A stretch of 64,000 bases of DNA, from positions 13,732,633-13,796,632 of the forward strand of contig OZ037769.1 in assembly GCA_964035545.1 (NCBI GenBank), written 5' to 3'. The DNA is from Bugula neritina (lineage: Eukaryota; Animalia; Bryozoa). Below, piece after piece: positions 37,368-54,443 of the stretch (position 1 is its first letter; each line of letters opens with the position of its first letter). The notes under the pieces were generated by a model. The model had not been told where the DNA came from and made no database searches. It worked only from the letters and a program-made list of their open reading frames with translations. A program made the position numbers and the translations under genes.

Positions 37368-38801
37368 TTGAATATTTGGACAAATACTTCCGAGGTAATT
37401 AAATGGTTCACAAATTTAGATAACAACAAATGCTTATCTTTTATTGTATTTGACATTGTCGACTTTTATCCATCAATAACTAATAAATTACTCCACACTG
37501 CAATTGATTTCGCAGCAGAGCATACCACCATAACAGACACAGACCGCACCGTGATTTTCCATGCCAGAAAAATGTTGTTATACCATTCCGGCCAACCCTG
37601 GAGTAAAAAATGTGGCTCATTATTTGACATTACAATGGGCAGCTATGACGGTGCAGAATGTTGCACTCTGGTCGGCATATTTTTACTATATAAAATCAAC
37701 CAGAAGTTTGGAAATACCTTCGGTCTATACCGTGATGACGGCCTAGGAGTAATCAACGACACTGCAAAAAATATAGATAGAATTAAAAAATCAATCTGCA
37801 AAATTTTCCAAAAACATAATCTAAATATCACCATTGAAGTAAACAAAAAAGTCGTCAACTATCTAGATATAAATTTTGACATTAGCAAAAGAACACACAA
37901 ACCCCATGTAAAACCTAACAGCGAAATCCTATATGTAAACTCTAAATCCAACCATCCACCCCATATCACAAGAAACATTCCACATGCCATAAACAACAGG
38001 CTCTCCAATCTCTCATCTAACGAAGAAGTCTTCAGTCAAACAACAAAAATACACCAAGAAGCTCTAAGTAAAAGTGGATACACACATAACCTAACATTCC
38101 AGCCAACACACACCACTAGCAGACCAAAAAGAGAAAGACGACGAAACATCACATGGTATAACCCCCCATTCTCCAAAAGTGTAACAAGCAACCTGGGAAA
38201 ACAATTTTTTAAAATCCTGGAGGAAGAAATACCCAAAGATCACAAACTCTACAAAATGTTCAATAAAAACAACATAAAACTCAGTTACAGCTGCTGCAGA
38301 AATTTAAACAACATAATCAACAGCCACAATAAAAGATTACTCAACCCAGCAAACCAACCTCCTCGAGAATGTAACTGCAGAAACAGCACAGTGTGCCCAC
38401 TAGATGGAAAATGCCTCACAAAGTGCATCATATACCAAGCTACAGTTACAATCAAAGATGGCAGCCAACCCCAAACTTACGTGGGAACATCAGAAACAGA
38501 ATTCAAAACCAGATTGTATAACCACAAATCAACTTTTAACAACAAAACAAAAAAGAACCATACTGAATTGAGCAAAATATATATCTGGCAACTAAAAGAC
38601 AAGAACACCCATTTTGACATAACATGGAAAATTATGAAAAAGACCAACTCATACAACAAAGTCACTAAAAGGTGCAACCTCTGCCTATGGGAAAAATATT
38701 TCATAATATACCAGTCCAGCAAATCTTCCCTTAATAACAGAAATGAGATTCTATCCACATGCAGACATGCACGTAAGCACTACCTGGGCAACATCACATA
38801 A
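37368..38801 (+). CDS. Penelope-like reverse transcriptase / GIY-YIG endonuclease, N-terminally truncated (477-aa open frame)
   Basis: RT motifs FDIVDFYPSI, MGSYDGAE, YRDDGL, NYLDINF; linker CNCRNSTVCPLDGKC; GIY-YIG-like IIYQ...YVG...FKTRLYNH; C-terminal CNLCLWEK...LNNRNE...CRH. No ATG start. Confidence 0.88.
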   Translation: MNIWTNTSEVIKWFTNLDNNKCLSFIVFDIVDFYPSITNKLLHTAIDFAAEHTTITDTDRTVIFHARKMLLYHSGQPWSKKCGSLFDITMGSYDGAECCTLVGIFLLYKINQKFGNTFGLYRDDGLGVINDTAKNIDRIKKSICKIFQKHNLNITIEVNKKVVNYLDINFDISKRTHKPHVKPNSEILYVNSKSNHPPHITRNIPHAINNRLSNLSSNEEVFSQTTKIHQEALSKSGYTHNLTFQPTHTTSRPKRERRRNITWYNPPFSKSVTSNLGKQFFKILEEEIPKDHKLYKMFNKNNIKLSYSCCRNLNNIINSHNKRLLNPANQPPRECNCRNSTVCPLDGKCLTKCIIYQATVTIKDGSQPQTYVGTSETEFKTRLYNHKSTFNNKTKKNHTELSKIYIWQLKDKNTHFDITWKIMKKTNSYNKVTKRCNLCLWEKYFIIYQSSKSSLNNRNEILSTCRHARKHYLGNIT

Positions 38802-39037
38802 CAATACTAACAATTCTCAACCATAGTACTACCTATTATAAATTACCCTTTCCATCAAACATCTAGCTTTTATAGTCTAATCCTTTAGAAAAAGAGCAAT
38901 TTAATTAATTAATAGATAACACCAAATCCACTACTATGTTTGCATTTCGTTTTACGTTGTGTTTAGCATGATAGTTTTCTTTATGTAAAAATTTGAATAA
39001 TCGGTATGCTTCATAGATTTTATTTATTTTTAGTCTA

Positions 39038-39082
39038 ACACCTGACGAGTGCAGTTTACTGTACGAAACTATATAGTCGTGT
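39038..39082 (+). ncRNA. Minimal type I hammerhead ribozyme
   Basis: ACAC-CTGACGA-GTGCAG(TTTA)CTGTAC-GAAA-CTATATAG-TC-GTGT: complete catalytic core, stems I/II/III, predicted cleavage after GUC at 39078. Confidence 0.88.
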
Positions 39083-39137
39083 GAGATTTTTTAAATAAAA
39101 AAATATATATGTATCATTAACAATCTGAACACACTAC

Positions 39138-39139
<2 letters not shown>

Positions 39140-39219
<80 letters not shown>
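39140..39219. repeat. (TA)n microsatellite
   Basis: Direct inspection. Confidence 0.95.
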
Positions 39220-39221
<2 letters not shown>

Positions 39222-39670
39222 GACAAATGACAAGTAGGCGACAGAGAAATAGCAGCTCAGAGCAAGTGCTTGCAGAGGAAAGGACTATAGAGTGTGCATG
39301 GAGGGGATATTTATTTTAATATCTGATACTGCAGATGTAAATTATTAGCTGCTGCTTTTTACAAATAGCTATAAAAGTTGACAGAACTATACTTTATTAA
39401 AATGATAAGTAGTGAAACAAGTGGCATTATTTTATAAAAAAAACCTGATAAAAAAAGCATTTATAGTATATTTAATAAAATAACTATTTTCAGTCAAATT
39501 AGAGAGAGTCTAACACCGAGAGAATCAGTAATAGATTATTAGTTTACCATTAATAAAGAAGAGATAGTAAAGAGCTTGCAGAATATACCTTCTTGTTATT
39601 CATTCAATGATATCTTACTTATGTGCAAGAGTAAAAATAAAGGGAAGTATTCACAAAGTGGAGTTTTATT
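39220..39670 (-). pseudogene. Second orphan peptide-gene first exon/promoter fragment
   Basis: GCAGCTCAGAGCAAGTGCTTGCAGAGGA motif plus family upstream blocks (ATCTGATACT..AGATGTAAATT, AATAACTATTT, TCTAACACnGAGA). Cut by (TA)n before the donor site. Confidence 0.65.
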
Positions 39671-40577
39671 ATGGCAATATTTTCATGTGTGAGGATGTAC
39701 ACCAGCTAATGTTAAAACAATTTATATGCCATCAAGATTAAGTTGTTCTACATCTTACGGCACTTTTGTAAGTAAAACAGCTTATATAGTATGCAAAGCT
39801 TTGCACCTTTTTTTTTCGGGCACCATCAAGCATAATTTTGCTATAAAAACATATAATATGGTTTGTAGAACCCTTTACTTGAGATTAAAAGCCATGGCTA
39901 TCAAGTACAATTGACATACCCATTCACTCTAACATTTGAAACAGCTATGTGATGGTGACAATTTTTTTCTATAAATTTCTACCTCAACAATGGTAAAAAT
40001 ATAGACAATAAAATTAAGCAATTTTTACCATCAATTTACTAATAATAAAGTGTTATTCTGTAAACATTGAACATATGGCACAAACCGGAAATGAAATGCA
40101 AATATTTTAGGTGCTGTGGGAGCAACTTATTTCTCATTTTTAAGATACAAGGTGTAAGTGTAGGTAATAGAACGTTCTTTTTATAAATTTATATTATTTT
40201 TTTTGTTTTTTATATTGTACAGTACAACTCTCAGACCATAAAAAACTGATAGTAAGAAATGATATATATTACAAGTAAGCAGAAACTAGTATAGACTAAA
40301 AACACTAGTTTAGTAGATAAACAGCATAAACAAATTAAATGATACAATTATAAAATTTGCACACAGCAACTGCATAACATAATTTAATATTATTATTATG
40401 TGCTGATTTTTTTGGAAAAACTACGTAAAAATATTTCACTATTCCATACAGCTTGAAACTTTTACAAACATAGTAAAAAGCATTTTGGGCATTGATAATC
40501 CTGTCACACAGAACTTGAAATGATGAGCTGTACTAGAGTGTTGCCATCATGTGATTGGTCAAAGCAAACTCCTGAAG

Positions 40578-43500
40578 TTAGAATCCCCTATTCTTTAGCT
40601 CTCGATTCATTTGGCACATTGCCAAGTTGGGACAGCAGGCTGTTGCTAGGCAATCACCACAAATGGAGCCCTTTGAAAGCAAAAAACTTTTACATCAAAG
40701 CAGCACTTTATTAATTGATTGAATAACTTTGCTGTTGTTACGGGTTAGCAAAACATTCTTTCAAGTCGTTTTACCCATAAAGTATAAAATTATTTTTCTA
40801 AAAATATATTTTTAGCTTAATAAACAAAATTCTATTGCGTGCAGTTTGAGTTGTACAAAATTAATAAGTAATTTATAATATAGTTGAGTTTCTAAATATA
40901 ATTATAATGTATCACAAATTTGCTTTCCATTATAGAATTAAGTTATAACTGGAGTTGTTGATAAAGAAACTTCAGTCGATTGCATAGGTTTTTATAACCC
41001 CAGTTTCTAATTATACATTATTTGTTAAAATTTTATTATACCTAACGTTTATAATGTATTTGTATTATTGCAGTATTCTCGTGATACCCCATACAGTGGT
41101 ACACTTACTTTGATACCAAACATAGTTCGGAGTTTTGTTCTCATGGCAACCCAGCTGATTGGGGCGAGGCACCACCCAGCCCCACAACCACAGCAGCAGT
41201 CTTCTCCCATACGACTGGCTGTACTGCAGGCAAAGCAAGGAAAACACCACCACGCATAGCAACCTGCAATATAAATTGAAATGAATACCATGCAACTATG
41301 CGTGAATCTGCTGTAGCTATGTCAGTTTTTTAGCTGTGCATTATGTCCTTTGCTTTTGGTAAGCACACAGCATTTACATTCTACAACAAGGTTTATGTTG
41401 TTCATAACTCTGGTGTTCTTATAGTGATGGAGGTGATGGTAGTAATTGAGGTGCTCGTGTTTTTCGCTGTGCTGTGTCTAGTTCAATGTTTAATATTTAA
41501 TGCCTATAATAACTGCAAATGCATCGTACTTCTTGTAAAACTACTAATAAACCTGTTTATTTGACTTGTATTTGCATTTTACATCAATGGTACACTTTGG
41601 GTGGTATGCAATCTTCACCTACCTCTGCCCTGTCCTGTTCAGGTAGTGGGTATAGCGTGTGTATATAGGTATAATATATCCAATATTAGCCCGATATTTG
41701 TGCAACATTTGAAATGTGAGTATTCTACGAAACTAACTAAACATGATCAAGGTCGTTTAGAGCCAGTTTCAACTATAAGCAATTCTTTACCAGCTGTTGG
41801 CATAGTCTGATATTGCTGCCTCTCTCTTTCATCAGCAATATTTGTGCCACAACCTTTCAATTTACGTTGTATAGTCTACTTGCCCTCTTTCTGTAGTTCG
41901 CCCCGTGTACAACACTAGTATATATTAAGCTACATAAGGTGTATAAGAAGTGCAGGGGAACATTTACTGCAAATACAATAGCCTAATTGAGTAATAATTG
42001 CGTTTTATGTTTACTTTGAAGAGATTACTATTGTTGCGAAACACTTGAAGCTGTCAGATACTGCAAGCTGCAAGCTGCACTCACCCTGCACTGCTGTTCA
42101 GCAAGCCAGCAACTATTACTTGTTTCTTGACATTGTAAAAATTTCTGCTGCTATCTGGGCTTGAGCCTGCAGTCCCCCAACTTGTAAGCTAACTTGCCAA
42201 CCATTACGCCATTGGGGCTACTTGAGATTCTCAACACTACAGGCACTACACGTGTCGGTGATAGGTTTGACTGGTGGTGTGAACATAATTCAATTATTAC
42301 GTTAACTGTATTCAAAGTGAGTTTAGAAGGCGTTGATTGATATCCTTTTTTATGCCAACAAGCAATGATATTATATGGCATGACTATTTTTGTGATGCAA
42401 CAACTAGTACCAGGGAGTGAAAAAACTGGTTGGAAAATATAAAGTAATCTTTTGGAATATAAAGAATTACCAGCAGATTGGAGGCCTGATTTTTTACAGT
42501 ATCAGCAAAGTTTTTCATTTTTCTGTATTCTGGAACTATAGCAGATATACTGAGAAAAATCAGACAAAATATGGGTTTTAATAATTGATTATGATCGCAG
42601 GCTATGCAGCAGTGATAGCTAAATGATAGTTAAACTATTTATTTACTCGAGTCAAGTATTTACCCCTGCATGCCAGATATTACATTTACCACTTGAAATA
42701 GTGATGTAAAAGGGGCAGCCACAATCATTTTTATGTGTGAGGTCTATCAGTATGCTGTTGAAAGTGATCATTTTTATACTATACCACCTCCGCACTATCA
42801 ATGCTTTATTAATTGTAGCAACATTCATTGCTCAAACACAGTTTGGTTGATCAGTACATAAATAGCCTAATTTGTAAGGGAATGTTTATTTTATGTGGCT
42901 ATTGAAACCTATTTGTTTGTACTTCTGATGGTAACATTGAGTTTATCACCACTGGTAGATTAGGTCATGGCTTATAGCTCTCCGCCATTAATACTATTTA
43001 TTACTAATCCAGAAAGGTTTGATGTTACAATAATGTCTGTTCGGTATCCAAATTATCTGTTGGTGATAGCATCTCTTCTCTAGCTTTCTGCTACATCTGG
43101 TTTGAACTCAGACAATAATTTAATATATACCTTTTTCTACTTTTTTTGTTTTAAAATACTTTTTAGATAAATGTCACAAAATGTATTGTTTTAATTTAGT
43201 TCTATATACTATTGATTTAATAGATTATGGAAGATTCATGAATTAGACTTTTAACCTTATTCTCAAACATTACTTTATTTTGTTAACGTTTGAACAATAT
43301 TTTTAATTAATTCTTAGAAATGATGAACTTGTTTAAATTTAAGTGATTTAATGGGTACAGAAGAACCTAAAATAAAAAATGACAATTTAGGATTCATTAT
43401 TGAACGGCTAAGCTGCTGCTCAAGGTGTAAATTAAAGTGCATGGTTAGTGTCTAAAATTTGCAAAAAGACCTTTTCCTATGATTCACACCCATTGTAAAA

Positions 43501-43897
43501 AGTCATATTATTATTCAGGGCAAAAGACTAATAGGCCAAATACTAAACTGCAAATGGCAAAGATTTTCATTGTAGCCTTTTGAATAGATTTAATGGCAAA
43601 CCCAAACTATTTCAAAACTTGGGGAACCAGCTGTAGATATTTTTGGATGACATCTTATTCTACAGTTGCATAATCTAATGTACATAGGGTAGCATACTCA
43701 CAGCTGCCAAAGTCAGTACAGCAACCACAGAGTCCTGTAGAGAATTCTCTGATATTCTGTGGATAAGCTCCTTGCCTACCTTGACCAGGCATCACCTGAT
43801 TTACAATCACTGCTGTATGAGGGGGTGGATGACTTGCCACTACAGGTGCTTGTTGCTGCTGGAATTGGCCCTCTGGCATCTGTATAACTTGCGCCAT
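40578..43897 (-). CDS. PLAC8/cornifelin-family protein P4, 147 aa (exons 43897-43702, 41263-41109, 40670-40578)
   Basis: MAQVIQMP...REFSTGLCGCCTDFGS/CCYAWWCFPCFACSTASRMGEDCCCGC.../GSICGDCLATACCPNLAMCQMNRELKNRGF*. Confidence 0.92.
42147..42240 (-). mobile_element. Diverged tRNA-derived repeat head (family 1)
   Basis: Minus strand GTAGTGTTGAGAATCTCAAGT followed by ATGGCGTAATGGTTG...GCTTACAAGT and a decayed B-box. Confidence 0.5.
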
Positions 43898-45714
43898 GTC
43901 TCAACTCTGAAACTATTCCGTCTTGTTAACTTATCTACCTACGGTCTTATGCTGACTGTATATAATGTGCCAAAATCTAGCTTCATCTATATTTTATGTT
44001 CTGCTTGATGATATTTTATCCAATGAAAGGGTAGATAAAAGTACTTCTAGCATAATTCCTCACTTAACATTACAGAGAGTATGGCTACGTGCCCAGAAAT
44101 ACCCGCGTGCCAATAGCAATACATTAGCATACCTAGTTATGTTTGTTGCATATTCACAAGACTTCAGAATCGCTATAGGTGCTTGGATCTAGAAACAATA
44201 CTTCGAATGTATTTTCTGGCAATTTTCATGGTAGAAGAAACATAAAGCAGCTGATAATCAAATCTATTACGCAGTACATGTAAAATTAGTCGCCAGATGA
44301 TTGCAAATGTGTAGAGCTACAAATAGCTTTTAAAAACATGGTAATTGTTGGTGTCATGCGGGCATAAGAAAGGCACACAAATATACGGAATATATGGGTG
44401 AAAAAGAATGTTAAGAAAATGACAGTTAACCAAAGTTGTAATATGGTAGATAAAAATACAAGAAACAGATTTTATGAGTGCATGATTTTGCCATTACCAT
44501 TTCCTATAAACTGGTGTCTACCTTCACATTAGTATATTAACTATTTTATATCAGATATAAGTCTACTGGTCAGTTGGTAAGAAGGCATGTCCTTCCCCCC
44601 CCCCCTTTCTTCTCGTGTTTTAGTTATAGAAACTAGTCTTTCTTTTGAAACAGTAACTAGCTTTTACCACTATTAATGTTGTATGATTTGCTGAAGTTGT
44701 ATTTAATTTTTAACTGAATAATGTGTTGAAAATCCTACTGAAGTATTTGCTAAACCAACAACTATTTTTTAATGCAATAGTAGCTGCTACTCAATGCACG
44801 GCGCCATTTTATCCACTACGCAACCAAAACTGCCAAGAAAATTGCCTAATTAGTTCTGGTCACCCAAGATGGGGGCAAAGCTCAATGTGCACTATAGATT
44901 ACTCATATAACAGCATAATGAGCTGAGGTCATGTCATAGAAAGCTGTCCTAGCTGAAAGTTGATGCTTTTTTACAATTGATGACTGGAATTTGAGTCTAG
45001 ACAGAATTTACAATATAGGCTCAACTCATTTTCATTTATTACCTCTGAGAGTAATATTTCTAGAAAAAATATCAGATTAGCCTTTGCTGTTGGATACTAA
45101 TGAAACTTCAAAAGTACAGTAGAAATAAGTGCTCTAGTCAATAGTACAAACTAAGCATTTGAATCTGGCCTAATAGTATAGACTAATAATGGGAAGAAAA
45201 GTTAGATAAACTAAGCCTTAAATTGCCAAAAACAATTCCAGTGGCTTGATAACTGCTATCCTAAGTGGATTTTTATTTATTTAATCCACTAATTTACAAA
45301 CTGGCTGCTTTTATAGCTGGCTGTCAACCAAGCCACAAAATACAAGCACACTTTTTAGGTAAATTCAGACTAAAACCAAAAATAACCATTCGATTAAATT
45401 TGCATATAATTAATATGAAATGAGCAATTTCCAATAGTTCGTGGAGAAATAAAACTTTGACACATAAGTTTGTAGAGAGCAAATACAGTTGCCATGGTGA
45501 TAATCATATAGTAGAAATCTACAAATCAATGGGTGGATGTAATGTAGTTGTAACAAGTTTCTAATAGCAATGTCAATATTTGTTGTTAATGGTACCAGCT
45601 CAACCTTTCTCAACAAAACCTGCACTTTTTTTTATAAAGCAGAGTCATATTTGAAACATATTAGGCAATTCATGCATCTGCAAATTAATCAGGACTTAAA
45701 TCTATTATTAATGG

Positions 45715-45930
45715 AAGCAGCCGTGGTCTAGGAATTACAGCATTTGCCTATAATATTATAGTAACCACGAAATGGTGAGTTTGAGCCTGGACAAATGCCA
45801 TTGGTGATGTGAGGAAGAGCATCCAGTCATAATTGCTTCTGTGCCCAATCTGGGTAAGTCCTTAGCCTGAATTAACGAAAACCCCTTCCATTAAGGGTTT
45901 TCGCACAGGGATGGCAACTATAAACATGCA
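45715..45930 (+). mobile_element. Degenerate SINE-like repeat (same family as 4875-5160)
   Basis: Shared ATTGGTGATGTGAGGAAGAGCATCC block and 3' blocks. Confidence 0.5.
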
Positions 45931-46029
45931 AGTTTTTTTAAATCTATTATTAAGCCCTACTAGAAAATCCAAGAAATTTTATTTCCCCCCCCCTTTATGT
46001 GCTAAACCTCATCTCCTATTTTTGTATTA

Positions 46030-46510
46030 AATGAAACTGACATGGTATTGTCTGATAAAGTGATATACTTTGGTGTGTTAGTGGATTAGAATTTGAGATC
46101 GATCTCATGAGCGTGTAGTTCAGCGGTTACAACAGTATCAAGCAGAACGTTTAGTGTGAAGAATTTTGTGTACTATAGCTCTAAACCTCTGGCAAATACA
46201 TTATGCAAAAGTTTCATCATGTCCCGCATCTCCTATTGTCCACCTATTATTTTCACTTGTACCTACCTATGCCAGTGATAACAAGGCCCTCTCAGAAAGA
46301 TTTTCAAAGATTGCTCTAAACTTGGTATTAAGTATCATGACATAGATTTGCATTCTTAGAAACAAACTAAAGCACTTTTTATCAAACATATAGTAGAAGA
46401 TGACCTTTTTATAATCAATGAGTTTCTGAGTCAATGCCCCTCTAGAAGAAATAGAACCATCAAATATGGAGTAGCATGGGGCAGAGAAAGCTTTTTGCAA
46501 CACCTACTTT
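46030..46510 (+). mobile_element. Decayed CR1/L2-type LINE RT C-terminal fragment
   Basis: Stop-interrupted translation DKVIYFGVLVD*NL...LANTLCKSFIMSRISYCPPI resembles the KYLGVxLDxxL...YxSxIxSRLxYC end of CR1/L2 RTs. Confidence 0.5.
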
Positions 46511-47684
46511 CATTTTAAGCAATCCAACAGAGTTCTGAATTTCTGCCAATTTTGTTCATGCCTACTTATATTATGGCCAGTATTTACACTGAATTTCGCA
46601 ACGTGTTGGCATAGATCAATCAGTCATTGGGAGTAGAAAGCTTGTGGTATATGATACATTAAAGCTGTCATAACATTAACATGAAATTAATTATAAGTAC
46701 AAAGTGTTTTGCAATGTAGATGTGTCAGTCACAGCTATATAACTATTTCCAGTCCTGCTGCATAATAAACAGGGTGAATGACCTGCAACAGCTATTTTTA
46801 TGTTAGTTCCCAGACTGGTTACCCAATCATGTAATATAATATTTTGAGCTATTTTGGCATCATTGCTGTGGTGAATCAATTTACGGCTACAATAAAAATA
46901 TATTAATAATGGGAGTAGAGATCCTAGAAGAGAGGTTTATGCCAATAAACACAAAGCTTGCTGTATGTTTTACTTGTTTCACTTATCAAATGCAACTATC
47001 AATGGTGAAATAATATAGGCAATCATCTTACTACCAGACCTTAATATAAAATAATATTTTATGCCTACATAATATGTACATGGTCTGTGAACAACAAACA
47101 ACCTACAATGTGTTTTTGCTGTGTTTATACAGGCATAATATGCAAAGTGGTTTGTAGGAAAACAGGTCATGTGACTTGCTGAACTTGTAATACAACATAA
47201 AATTTGGGGTTCAGTTGGAATGAATTTTAATGAGCTTCCAACAGAATATGATGTAAACATCACGGATATAACAATACAGTTTTCAAAAACTAAAATTTTC
47301 TAGTATCTTTTCCTAACAAAATTATACAGCATAAAAAGTTTAGAAACATATCAAGTGAAACACCAAAAGATAAGTCTGAGCATCCAAAACATGGATATGC
47401 AAAATGCCATAATACTGTTTTCAATAGTGAAAGACAATAAGTAGTATACTTTAATATAAACAAAACATCAAGTAACGCATCTTAACTGTCTAAACAGAAC
47501 ACACCTGAGAGAAAAACTGCAGGTAACCACACTGTGTCATGGATTAAACTATACTATGGTATAGGTTTATACATAGTTGTGTAGTACTGTACTACCACTA
47601 TGACAGCTTTAAGCAGCACTGGTGTTATTAATTACTGTAGCTGTACTGAAGAGTCCAACTTGGTGTCAGAGCTACTACCGTTGA

Positions 47685-47870
47685 TGGTAGTGGTGGTAGT
47701 GGGGGTAGCAGTAGTAGTAGTAGTACTAGTAGCAGCAGCAGTAGTAGTAGTACTAGTAATAGTAGTACTAGTAGTAATAGTAGTAGTAGTAGTAGTAGTA
47801 GCAGTACTAGTAATAGTAGTACTAGTAGTACTAGTAGTAGTAGTAGTAGTAGTACTAGTAATAGTAGTAC

Positions 47871-47905
<35 letters not shown>

Positions 47906-47948
47906 CTAGTAGCAGCAGCAGTAGTAGTAGTACTAGTAATAGTAGTAC

Positions 47949-47992
<44 letters not shown>

Positions 47993-48216
47993 CTAGTAAT
48001 AGTAGTACTAGTAGTAGTAGTACTAGTAGTAGTAGTAGTAGTAGTACTAGTAATAGTAGTACTAGTAGTACTAGTAATAGTAGTACTAGTAGTAGTAGTA
48101 CTAGTAGTAGTAGTAGTAGTAGTACTAGTAATAGTAGTACTAGTAGTAGTAGTAGTAGTAGTAGTAGTACTAGTAGTAGTAGTAGTAATAGTAGTAGTAG
48201 TAGTAGTAATAGTAGC

Positions 48217-48274
<58 letters not shown>

Positions 48275-48445
48275 ATAGTAGCAGCAGCAGCAGTAGTAGT
48301 AGTAGTAGTAGCAGTAGTAGCATAGCAGTAGTAGTAGTAGTACTACTAGTAGTAGTAGTAGTAGTAGTTCTAGTAGTAGTAGTAGTAGTAGTAGTAGTAC
48401 TAGTAATAGTAGTACTAGTAGTAGTAGTACTAGTAATAGTAGTAC

Positions 48446-48477
<32 letters not shown>

Positions 48478-48524
48478 CTAGTAGTAGTAGTAGTAATAGT
48501 AGTAGTAGTAGTAGTAATAGTAGC

Positions 48525-48576
<52 letters not shown>

Positions 48577-48699
48577 ATAGTAGCAGCAGCAGCAGTAGTA
48601 GTAGTAGTAGTAGTAGCAGTAGTAGCATAGCAGTAGTAGTAGTAGTACTACTAGTAGTAGTAGTAGTAGTAGTTCTAGTAGTAGTAGCAGTAGTACTAA

Positions 48700-48733
<34 letters not shown>
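47685..48733. repeat. Imperfect (GTA)n trinucleotide array, ~1.05 kb
   Basis: Direct inspection; contains an internal ~300-bp higher-order duplication. The poly-V and poly-L ORFs are artefacts. Confidence 0.95.
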
Positions 48734-49852
48734 CTTACTCTAATCTTAGATAACTGCAATCTCTTTATTAAACCTCACCAACATTCCTCCTAAAACATAG
48801 TCTGCATCTATAACATTTGCATATGATATAATATGTCAATCACACATATTATATGTCAATCATGCATACTATATATGCATGATTGACATAGCATAGGGCT
48901 CTGAGCCAAGGTTAGGCTTCAACGAATAACATAACATCTGTCATGGCGTGTAAAGTTGGCAGCGAGTATAATATTCTGTTAGAACTCCCTGGTAACTAGC
49001 CTTTGATGCCAGTGTCTAGTGTCAATAACTGGTACTTTAGAAGCATTTGAATGCACATAGTATATTATCTAGTAAACACCCTATAGTGGTAATCAGGTGA
49101 GATAAAATTTATGTGTAAACCAAAGTAACATAAACTTTATCAAGAAAATTGCTGTATTACTTTGGTTGATCAGTTACATAGTCACTTTACACAAGGCTAT
49201 ACTTAAGAGCTTTTTATATAAAACTGTCTGCTTATCTTTTTTTTTAAAATAGCAAGATTTTATTAAAAGCCGCAGTCTTTGTTCATAAAACGGGTAAAAT
49301 GTGATTTAGGCCTTTACTAGTACCATTTGAAATAAACTTTGTAGTAACATTTCTAACATAATTAAATATCATCATCAAGGTAAAGCTAGCAGATATTAGC
49401 AAATATTACATCTTTCCTATCGACAAACACCTTTCAGCAACATGACCCTTGAAAATACCATTATCTGCCAACACACAACATCAGAGCTTTGTTAGTCTGT
49501 TTGTAAGAAAGATAGTAAGACAGTAGGTTAACACTTTTGTGCAAGCATAGAGTTTTACTTTAACTTAATAGCTGGAGTTGCCTTTTCTTCAAATTTTAAT
49601 AAGAGTTGTGTTCTCACTACTATAAATAGCCGACACCCCTCCCATGATAGAATGATTGACTAGGATGTTAGATAATGTCAATAGAAGTACTGGAACACTT
49701 CTACTATTTACCATTAGCTAAAATCTTAATCAATTGTTTTATTATCATTAAGGGGGTGGGGTGGTTATTTATAATCAAGAGGACATAACTCTCGCAAGAG
49801 TTTTAGCAAATGATTACCATTAGAGTTGGAAGATTCAGCTGCCGTAGAACCT

Positions 49853-54443
<4,591 letters not shown>

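Larger units (their letters stand above)
37345..39139 (+). mobile_element. 5'-truncated Penelope-like retroelement (C-terminal GIY-YIG; features resemble the Hydra clade)
   Basis: RT + GIY-YIG ORF, a 3' region with a hammerhead ribozyme, and a 3' end abutting (TA)n. Confidence 0.85.
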
